Positions 53,401-64,000 of a DNA stretch of 64,000 nucleotides are shown here, in pieces; position 1 is the first letter of the stretch, and each line of letters begins with the position of its first letter. The notes under the pieces are model-generated. The model saw only the letters and a program-made list of their open reading frames with translations, ran no database searches and had not been told where the DNA came from. Made by a program: the position numbers and the translations under genes. The DNA lies in contig NC_042999.1 of NCBI RefSeq assembly GCF_006345805.1, positions 58,652,001 through 58,716,000 of the forward strand, read 5' to 3'. Source of the stretch: Octopus sinensis. Taxonomy: Eukaryota.

Positions 53401-54508
53401 TTTCAGTCATCTGAAGTTATCTAATCATTCAGTAATAAATGTACGTTCTGCGTCATTCAGTTCATCATGCATTTTTTGCTCTTGTTTGTGCAAAACTGGG
53501 CAATTTTTTGTGGTGGGTCGATCAGTTGTCCGTGTATGCAAATCTTTTCTTTACACACTACCAATATCGAGTCAAAATTGAGCGCATTGATACAGGCTGA
53601 CCCACCTCATCACCACTGTCGTTGTAGCCACTGCTCTCAGAAGGCAGTGAGCCAGTACAGACAGCGCAAGACATTCTGGCCAACTCTGTAACAACTCATT
53701 TGTTATTCGTTTAGCGACCTCGAATCGCCGGTAAATAATTCCTCGTTCGGTAACAGATGTGGGTAGTGAGAGGGAGAACATCCGACCGTAGAATACTGTC
53801 TAAAAGTATTACGTTTGAGCCATGCAAGCATAGAAATGCGGCGTTTAAACGATGATTGTGATGATGATGATGATGATGATGATAATGATGACAATCATAT
53901 TTCCGTATGTGTTGGTGCATGTATGTTTGTGTGTGACTGTATGCGTATTCTTTCATCTCTCCCCACACATAAAATCTATCTGTTTCTCTATGAATTTGCA
54001 TTCGTGATCGCTTTTTCTTTTGCTGTTTTTGAATGTAATCCCATTCTGAATTCCCGAAAGATTAAATGGAAATACAAAACATTTTGATTAATTAAATAGT
54101 TAATGAGCATTTAGATTACAATTTAACTAGTGTGATTTCAAATACGATTACACATGTGTAACATTTATAATATTTATAGACATGCAAAATGAAGATTAAT
54201 ACTGTTTGGAAATACTGTTCGTCTGCAGTCGTCGTTCAGCTAATGTACATTTATTGCTCGCATATATTTATGGAAATGCAAATAAATGGAAATAAATATT
54301 TGGCTTCAGGGTTTTTCCTTTCGTTTAATACATACATGTTTCACATATCGTAAATCTGAAGTCGTATGAAATGTTTACTGAGATAGGAAAAGCGTACATA
54401 TTCCTTATAATTTTGATTATCTATACCATGCATGTCTACGTTATTGATTGACAAGTACATGAGGTAGTTCTATGAGGTTATGCTATCTGCCAGAAATAGT
54501 TGGGAAAA

Positions 54509-54886
54509 GGCCAAAATTTTAGGGGAGGGGGCCAGTCAATTAGATCGACCCCAACACACAACTGGTACTTAATTTTTCAACACACCGAAAGGATGGAAGG
54601 CAAAGACAACCTCGGCGGAATTTGAACTCAGAACGTAAAGACAGACGAAATACCTATTTCTTTACTATCCACAAGGGGCTAAACACAGAGAGGACAAACA
54701 AGGACAGACAAATGGAATAAGTCGATTATATCGACCCCAGTGCGTAACTGGTACTTAATTTATCGACCCCGAAAGGATGAAAGGCAAAGTCGACCTCGGT
54801 GGAATTTGAACTTAGAACGCAACGGCAGATGAAATACCACTAAGCATTTCGCCCCGCGCGCTAACGTCTCTTCCAGCTCGCTGCCT
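54509..54886 (-). mobile_element. Composite of two family B SINEs (junction at 54654/54655)
   Basis: A full copy at 54655-54886 is joined at gaaatacc/tatttc to a head-less copy at 54509-54654. Confidence 0.85.
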
Positions 54887-55706
54887 CTAAGCACACGTTA
54901 ATGTTGTTTTAAAAAACATGCATATTGGATTATGGAATCTAGGGTACACAATTCCTAAATTTTAAGTGGCGAGAGCAGGGTTAATCGATTGAATTGAACC
55001 TAAGAATTAACAGGGATTTTATTTTGTAGCCATCGAATAGGATGAAATGTACTACTGATCTTTGTGAGATTTGAACGCAGAGCAAAAAAAGCTGGAAGGA
55101 ATACTTCCAAATCATATTTTCCGAAGCTCTAACGCTTTCATCAATCCGTTACCCTAGGGCGAATTTGATGCAGACATTTTAAATTATTCGTGTTGAATAG
55201 TAAAGAAAAGGGAATAGGCGTCAAGTTTCTGTCAATTTATCCTTCAGCGCCGTAATTCAAAAAGCTCAAGGCTAAACACTTGCAAATGAGGACGTTTACG
55301 CCTATGAGAGTCGTTGATTCATGGTCTGCTTCATGGTAGCTATATCAAAATAAGAAATTCAAATGAACTTAGATCTATGTTAAAACCAAAGAGAGAAAAA
55401 TGGAAGTTTTTGCAGAGAATGTTCCGTATACAGAAATCCTGTAAGTGTGTCGTTGATCTAGAATATTCTACAATTAAAATATTCTCACACAACAATTTTT
55501 CTTATATTATACAATGTTAATATAAGAACAAACAACAACCACATTGAAACGGCGTCATAGATATACAATAGTTAATGAGTTGAAAAATGCTGTGGATCAA
55601 AATTTTCTGCTGTTTTCTTATGGAAATTTCAAATATGGTGTCAATTACATCTTTGGAATGGTGGAAGTTTAAATTTGGTGAACATAGGCTCAGAAGTTTC
55701 ATCCTA

Positions 55707-55834
55707 TGTGTGGTAAGTAGCTTGCTTACGAACCACATAGTTCCAGGTTCAGTTTCACTGCGTGGCACCTTGAGCACGTGTCTTGTGAGTGGATTTGGTA
55801 GACGGAAACTGAAAGAAACCCGTCGTATATATGC

Positions 55835-55904
<70 letters not shown>

Positions 55905-56500
55905 GCGTGTGTGAGTGTGTGTGTATGTTTGTGTGTTTGTCCCCCCAACATCGCTTGACAACCGATGCTGGTATGTTTATATCCCCGTCACTTAGCGGTT
56001 CGGCAAGGGAGACCAATAGAATAAGTACTAGGCTTACAAAGTCCTGGGATCGATTTCCTCGACTAAAGGCAGTGCTCCAGCATGGCCGCAGTCAAATGAC
56101 TGAAACAAATAAGAATACAAAAATAGGCGCAAAAATTGGCTGTGTGGTTAGGAAGCTTCTTTTGCAGCCACGTGATTTCGGTTTCTGTCTCATTGCAAGA
56201 CCTCTTGGACAAGTGGTGTCTCCTTCTATCGCATCGGACCGTAAGTGAATTTTGATTTGCGGAAACTGTGCAGAAGCCCATATATGTATATATGTGTGTG
56301 TGTACACCCCCACTATCGCTTGACAACTTGTGTTCGATACTTTGCGTATGCAGTGAAGTAGCGATTCGGCAAAAGGAGAAGATAAGTAATAGGCTTTTAA
56401 AAAAATACATAAGCCTTGGGACTTATCAGAAGAAAACCCCTCAAGGCGGCGCGCCTGCATACGTGTCTGCACTCCTATGACTGGCATATGTAAAAGATAA
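55707..56500 (+). mobile_element. Two tandem family A SINEs (55707-56118 younger; about 56124-56500 old)
   Basis: The first has a long internal (TA)n; the second is degenerate, ggcgca..ggctgtgtggtt..cttggacaagtg. Confidence 0.8.
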
Positions 56501-57394
56501 CAAACAAAAATATAATTTAGGAAAAACACTGAAGCCATATTTCAATATGTGGCAAAAAAGGTTCAATAAAACCGGAACATGTTGGAATTTGACAGCCTAT
56601 ATGGCAGAAATCGAACCCACGGTCCGTTGTGTGGTCTATTCCAATTTTTAATTATTCTTGATTTGTCTAAGTACCAGAATAGTAACACCTTTATTTTCAT
56701 GAGTAGAATTAACCATTACGCTATTGAACTTTTCTACTGACTATGAATGTTATTTAAATCAATTAAACATTTTTTTGCCCACTACTTTAAATATATTGCC
56801 ACCTACTCATTTAAAATACTGATATGATGCTTTAATTAAAACACGTTTAAAATACCATATCACGACTATTTGGTATCACACAGTAGAATGGATATGTTAT
56901 GTAATATATAAATATATATATGTATATTTGTATATTTATGTGTGTGTGTATATATAAGATGAGCAATAAAGATACCTACAGAAATATATTTATTCAAATT
57001 TATCTTCGAATGGGTTCACGTCTATTTAGATAATAATTTTATAAGATTGATTGTCACGTTAGCTTTAATTACATCATTTAAATTCAGCAAGTAAATCAAT
57101 TTCCTGAAATTGCTAAAAGTCGTAGCTTCCTGATATCTTTCGTAATTCTTCTCCTAAACAATCGCCATAAAATCTCGTTTGAATTTTAAATATACAATTA
57201 TTAAGACCGACTCATTCATTTCTAGCTAGCAATCAAGAAATCAACCAAACTTGGTGGTTTTCTTTCTATTTCTAACATCCATTCATCCATCCATCTCCAC
57301 ACACACACACAATCACAGTAGACTCAAGAAATAGATGATGCAATACGACGAATTAATATGCGTCTTGCAAGTTTCCTGTTATTGCCCACGCAAA

Positions 57395-57660
57395 CACATG
57401 GCCTAGTGGTTAGAGCAGCGGACTCGCGGTCGAGGGATCGCGGGTTCGAATCTCAGACCCGGCGATGTGTGTGTTTATGAGCGAAACACCTAAGCTCCAC
57501 GCGGCTCCTCCGGCAGAAGGTAATGACGAACTTCTGCTGACTCTTTCGGCATAACTTTCTCTCGCCCTTTCCTCCTGCATATTGCAGCTCACCTGCGACG
57601 GACCGGCGTCCCGTCCAGGTGGGGAACCTATGAGCCAGGCATGGCCCGAGAAGGAAAGAA
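57395..57660 (+). mobile_element. SINE family C (head C2)
   Basis: Near-identical to 21676-21977, with a short deletion in the tail. Confidence 0.9.
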
Positions 57661-57898
57661 CGCAAATACACAAGCATATTTACATGCATATCACATACAC
57701 ACACACACATACACACACACACACACACACTTGCGCGCACAACATTTACATATACACGCACACAAAGAATCACACCGAAACACACACTTGAGAAAAATAA
57801 CAACTGTGTTGCGTTACGAGTGGTATTATAAAAAGTATTACAGTGGTGAAGCAAGGAAATTTACAGAAAAAAACGAAAACGCGGCGTAGAGGGAAGAG

Positions 57899-58001
57899 CA
57901 CAAGTCTGATCTCTTCGTCAGTTTCCAATTAGAAATGGTTGTCAAAGTAGCATAATTGTAATTAATTCCAATTGTCCACTGATGAAGAGATCAGACTTGT
58001 G
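57899..58001. other. Inverted repeat, 24-bp arms (23/24 match), 55-bp spacer
   Basis: cacaagtctgatctcttcgtcagt / actgatgaagagatcagacttgtg. Confidence 0.85.
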
Positions 58002-58285
58002 TTTGTACTACTGTGATGTCATTTCCTTTTTCACGTAATCTTTTGTTATCCGGTTGTACTACGTTTCACCATCCATACATACATATGCATATACTTATAT
58101 ATATATATATATATATATAAATATAAATATGTATATATATATATAAATATGTATATATATATATAAATATGTATATGTATATATATATATATAAATATGT
58201 ATATATATATATATATAAATATGTATATATATATATAATATAAATATGTATATATATATATTATATATATATAAATATGTATATG

Positions 58286-58319
<34 letters not shown>

Positions 58320-58323
58320 TATA

Positions 58324-58358
58324 TCCCCAACAAAGATGTCCTCAAGCAAGCAGGAATA
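58324..58358 (+). mobile_element. 35-bp exact fragment of the downstream RTE LINE
   Basis: tccccaacaaagatgtcctcaagcaagcaggaata is identical to 60091-60125. Confidence 0.95.
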
Positions 58359-58366
58359 TATATGAA

Positions 58367-58397
<31 letters not shown>

Positions 58398-58609
58398 GAA
58401 TGTGTGTATATATATATATATATATACGTATATATATACATATATATATATACACATATATATATATATATACATGTGTGCGTGTGTCTATATATATATA
58501 TATATACATGTGTGCGTGTGTCTATATATATATATATACATATGTGCGTGTGTCTATATATATATATATATATATACACATGTGTGCGTGTGTCTATATA
58601 TATATATAT

Positions 58610-60630
58610 GGGATGTATGCCGGTTTGAAGAAGGCCCTTGGTCCATCCGCAACCAAGTCAGCCCCTCTGAAATCAACTACTGGAGTTCTCATCAAGGACC
58701 AAAGCAAGCAAATGGATAGATGGGTGGAGTACTACCAGGATCTATACTCACGGGAGACCACAGTAGCTGAGGCTGCAATCGAGAGTGCCAAGATCTTGCC
58801 AGTCATGTGCGAACTTGACTGTCCGCCATCTATAGCAGAGCTCACCAAGGCTATTGACTCCCTAGCAAGTAACAAGGCTCCGGGAAAAGACGGCTTCCCC
58901 TCAGAGATCATCAAAGCCGGCAAAAACACCATCCTGCTTCGACACCTTCATGAGCTTCTATGTCAGTGCTGGGAAGAAGGTACAGTCCCTCAAGATATAC
59001 GAGATGCTAACATCATTACGCTTTACAAAAACAAAGGTGACCGTGGTGATTGTAACAATTACCGTGGAATATCTCTTCTAAGCACTGTTGGAAAGACCTT
59101 TACTCGCGTTATCCTGTCCAGGCTACAACTTTTTGCTTATCGAATTTATCCGGAATCGTAGTGTGGCTTTAGAAGAAGCAGATCAACTATTGACATGATA
59201 TTCTCCATACGCCAACTTCAGGAGAAGTCCAGAGAGCAGAAAATGCCATTATATATGGCCTTCATTGATCTGACAAAGGCCTTTGACTTGGTAAGCAGAA
59301 AAGGCCTCTTCATCCTGCTCCAAAACATCGAATGTCCACCGAAGCTGCTGAGGATCATCAAGTCTTTCCATGATGATATGCAAGGCACCATACAACACAA
59401 TGGCTCAACATCAGCCGCCTTCCAAATAAAAAACGGGGTAAAGCAAGGTTGTGTCCTTGCTCCTACATTATTTGGCGTCTTCTTCTCGCTGCTGCTCTCA
59501 CATACCTTTCAGACATCAGATGATGGAGTGTTTCTGCACAGTAGAAGTGACGGGAAACTGTTCAATCTCTCGCGCCTCGACCAAAATCAGAAGCGTCCTG
59601 ATCAAGGAGATGCTATTTACTGATGATGCCGCTCTGGTATCACACACAGAAGGAGCCCTCCAAAGGCTCATCAACTGTTTTGAGCAAGCATGTAACGCCT
59701 TTGGCTTAGTTATCAGCCTCAAGAAGACCAACATCATGGGTCAGGCTACATCGGACATCTCAAACATACATATTGGAGATCAGAGATTATAGGAGGTGGT
59801 GAAGTTTACCTATCTTAGCTCTACCGTCACCTACAACCTATCCCTTGATGCTGAGCTCAATATACGCATTGGCAAGGCAGCTGCTGTTATGGCCGAACTC
59901 TCTAAACGGGAATGGGACAACAATAAGCTGACCAAGACCACAAAAATGAAGATTTACCAGGCATGTGTACTTAGCACTCGACTGTATGGAAGTGAGACTT
60001 GGACGCCATACACACCCCAAGAGCGTCGCCTAAATATCTTTCACCTGCGCTGCCCCCGGAAAATCCTTCGAATCAAATGGCAGAATCATGTCCCCAACAA
60101 AGATGTCCTCAAGCAAGCAGGAATACCAAGCATGTTTGCACTCCTCACACAAAGACGTATGAGATGGCTTGGACATGTTAGCCGTATGGAAGATGGCAGA
60201 ATCCCCATGGACATACTCAACAGAGAGCTTGCTAGGGGCACTAGGTCTGTGGGAAGACCGTTCTTGCGATACAAGGATGTTTGCAAAAGGGACATGAATG
60301 CCTGCGACATCAATATTACCAACTGGGAAGCAGTTGCCAGCAGCCGTGGAATTGGCGACGTACCGTAAAAGAGGGAACACAAAGGAGTGACATAGAGAGA
60401 GAGGAGAAATAGAAAGACAAGAAAAGACGTCAACAAGAAATTATGACATTACAAGAAGCCAGGCAAAGTCTTTGCTACCTTTGCGGCACCTGCCAGAGGG
60501 AATGTTTGTCCAGGATAGGACTACACAGCCACAGCAGGATATGTATTAGGATTTGAAATGTAAAAGCCGGACTAGATTATTTTATGCGCAGCTCCATTGT
60601 CACCCGAGACAAAATGGATGCCAACAACAA
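58610..60630 (+). mobile_element. 5'-truncated RTE (BovB-like) LINE, RT region, disabled
   Basis: [93 protein letters not shown]. One stop and at least two frameshifts; ends ..gagacaaaatggatgcc(aac)n. Confidence 0.95.
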
Positions 60631-60738
60631 TATATGAATGTATATATGTGTATATATATATATATGAATGTATATATGTGTATATATACACATATATATA
60701 TGAAAGTATATATGTGTATATATATATATGAATGTATA

Positions 60739-60771
<33 letters not shown>

Positions 60772-61098
60772 GGGTGTGTGTGTGCATAAATATATACATA
60801 TATATATATGTGTGTGTATATGTTTGTGTATATAAATAGAAATATATGTATTTATTTATCAATGTATATATATATGTGTGTATATATATATATGTGTGTG
60901 TGTGTGTATATAATTATATGTATTTATATATATATTTATATATATATATGAATGAATATATATATATATATTTATATAAATGTATATGTTTATATACCTA
61001 TATGAATGTATATATATATATATATATCAAGTGAGAGAAAATGATAGATATGCACGCATATATAAGCGCACTTGCATTCATCTATATAGTTGTGTTTG

Positions 61099-61136
<38 letters not shown>

Positions 61137-62657
61137 ATCTATATTATACACACATACACACAAACACATGTATGTATCTCAAATATGGAATGAATAATAC
61201 ATGCACACTCAAATAGTCACATGAGCAGAAAAGTATTCGCATTTTTTTGCTCAGAGATAAAATGTCTTATGAAAAACATTCATGCATATGAATTTTTTCT
61301 GTACGGAATTGTATTATTTTTCCAGCTTTGTAAACATTGAAGCGAGGAAATGTAAGCGCTCTAGCTAGCCTAAAGTGAAAGTAATATTTCGTGTTGAATA
61401 TTATCTGGCAAATCTAATGCATATTATTTATGCTTTAAATGCGGCTACCGAAGCCACTTGCATACTTCACTTAATTCAAGCGATGTTCCAAATAAGATGG
61501 CAAACATTTGAACTGTCTGAAATTGCTTTAAGGGTCTTAAGTTATGTTTTACGACTTCGGGCCATTTGTTAGCAGAAAAAAAAAACACATACACATACAC
61601 AAAATAAAACAAATATATGAGTAAATTATTGGGTTATAAGGAGGATCATGTGTCATTTAATTATGATATGCCACGCTTATACTTCTCGACTCAAGATATT
61701 CGCTTCTTCAATCATTGAATGATTCACAACGGAAAGAAAAAAAAACTCGTAAAAAAATCAAAACCAAGTGGAAAAACCAAAAAGAAACGAAACAAAAATC
61801 AATATTATCACTGTGTTTCGCATAACTTTCTATCGATGTGGATGTTAAGTAATTATTGGAACTTTCAGCATAACCAAAACCAAATCCTTTTTTGATTTGA
61901 AATTTAAATTTGATAATTTGTTCAATGGGAAAGGTAAACGTTGGAACTAAAGTGAAGCAAAACAAAATTATAATTAGATTCAGCATTTTTATATTCCTTT
62001 AGTTCGGTATTTATTTTATATTTTAAAATCTGTATTTAGAAGTTAGTATTCACCAATAAAACAAAATTCATTTTTCTCTGCTGGTTTATTGTCCCTAAAC
62101 TTAAAAGCAACATATTACTGACCGAATCTTTTCTGGTTTATAATTAAAGTGCAATCTGTTTATTTGCTGGCAATATCAGAAGAGAAACAAAGGTCATATC
62201 TGAAATATTGCCGTTCAGCTTTTGAACGCCATACATTTTCAAATATCTTGTTTTGTTAATTTTACTTTTCATATGATATTTAATGCATTCTTTCTGTTTC
62301 CCCCTCTTTCCATTCTCTATGTCTCCGGCACACATTGTTTTTTTTTTTATATATGCTTTTTTATTTGTCCATTATTTTTTCTTTATTCTCTGTCGATTGG
62401 TGGTTCGCAAAGTTTATGTCAGGATTAATTTGATATTTATGCATAATTTTTCCCCTTGGTAATCTTTAACATCACTGTTATTGTTTGGCTAGAATGGATA
62501 AAAAGACAAAGATATAAATAAAACTCTATCAGATAAATATCCTTGTCCAGCCATGCTAGCTGTAATTACTTTCAAGTTGATATATGATCAATGATAAACA
62601 GAGTTAATTCCTGTTTCGATAATTAAACGATTACATTTAAATCATTATATACACAAT

Positions 62658-62705
<48 letters not shown>

Positions 62706-63639
62706 TAAATAAATAAAAAAGAATGTGATCTAAGGGAAATAACTCAATAAGCCGTATGGATTGAGATAAATCAAATACATACTGCTAAATGAAATGACGT
62801 ACGCAAAAAAATCTTTATCAATTAAAATTTTCCACTTATTTGGAGAAAGAAAATAAACATCATGTGGTATTCTTCAGCGATTTACAAAGAAAGTGAGAAA
62901 AAATTTCAATGAATTAAGAATTGAAATAAAAAGTTTAAAATAGCTTTTCGTATTTAAGGGAAAATCTGATGTTTGATACTGATTGCAAGAGAGAAGCAGA
63001 TACGTTTCAAAATTGTTGCATCTCGTCAGAAAATCATACGTCACGCATCTGCCTGATCCAATGCACACAAATTTTGACGTACAAGGAGGACACGAATAAT
63101 TTTGAGCCGCAGGAATTTAATAAAATAACCATAATGAATTAAAGGTCCCTTAGTTGGAGAAAATACCCCTGGCGGTTTTTATTAGCCATTCATAAAAAAA
63201 AGGGGGTGGAAATAATTTGAATAAAGGAAGATTCAATAGAAAAGAATAATACTCATACTTAAGGTAACAGGCTTCCCATGTTACTGGGGAGGCTAACAGT
63301 AATGGACGTAATCGGTTTTCCATGTTATCAAGTGGCAAAACCTGCCAGCCAATCAAGTAAGCAACCAAAGAACCACGCAATCAACTCACCCAACACCCAC
63401 CCACCCACTAACCAACCAACCAAATAGTCAACTAACCAACTAAGAATACCTGCTGGGCGCCAGCTAGGAAGCAGTTTGGCTGAATGACAAGATTATAAAG
63501 GTACTTCTACGTAGTTGCTGGCCCTACTTGATATAGCAGCCAAATCTCTCTGAAATCACACTATACTTATTTTAGCAAGATTTTATCTCTGACCAACTGG
63601 ATAATGTTGTGCAAAATATAGTATATTCAAAGAAACGGT

Positions 63640-63745
63640 AAGGGGGCAAGCTGGCAGAATCTTCAGCATGCCGAGTTCAAGTTCCGCCGAAGCCTTCATG
63701 CTTTTGGGGTCGATAAAATTAGCGCCATTTAAGCACTGGGGACAA
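63640..63745 (+). mobile_element. Family B SINE, internally deleted and old
   Basis: aagggggcaagctggcagaatc..gagttcaagttccgccg..ttttggggtcgataaaatt..cactgggg. Confidence 0.6.
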
Positions 63746-64000
63746 ATCACAAGAAAGCGGAATACTCAGAGCAAGAATACTACTGATGATGGTTCTGTTA
63801 GACCAGAGCTGGCCTTGGTCTAAAGATGAACAACAAGAACAACAACAACAGCATTAAGAACGATCTTGGTAGGGTTTCTTGGCAACCCCACCAAGAAACA
63901 AACCTCAATATCAGTTTATTTGCAATTAAATAAGTCGCTCTAAATAACCCAACACGCTTTTGAAGGATGGTAACCCTGTTGTGCTTACATAAACTCTCAG

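Noticed and set aside
61708-61986. 92-aa minus-strand ORF with a plausible internal acceptor
   Set aside because: No strong donor, AT-driven composition and no recognisable homology.

Overview
This is AT-rich, microsatellite-saturated eukaryotic DNA with no intact host gene, rRNA, true tRNA or CRISPR array that I can support. The repeat repertoire resembles what I recall of octopus (coleoid cephalopod) genomes; that assignment is an inference, not a database result. Almost all long ORFs in the track are artefacts of (TA)n/(TG)n/(CA)n or triplet repeats. The window contains about 25 copies of four tRNA-derived SINE families (labelled A-D here) and several mariner, Tigger and MITE relics, including one full-length disabled 1292-bp mariner. 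It also contains LINE relics of the CR1, RTE (two lineages), R4/Dong and Penelope-like groups. The most interesting observations are mechanistic. (1) The CR1 LINE 3' UTR matches the tail of the dominant SINE, suggesting a LINE-SINE partner pair. (2) SINE heads, cores and tails are shuffled between families. (3) An RTE copy has twin-priming-type inversion geometry. (4) An exact 35-bp internal RTE fragment sits just upstream of its parent insertion. (5) An R4/Dong relic shares a (TAA)n array with a (TAA)n-flanked non-coding element. (6) A roughly 400-bp foldback element has an internal template-switch pattern. (7) Degenerate hammerhead-like motifs occur in Penelope-type termini. (8) A 1.3-kb tandem duplication may be an assembly artefact. 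Boundaries were read by eye and are approximate unless TSD/TIR coordinates are given.
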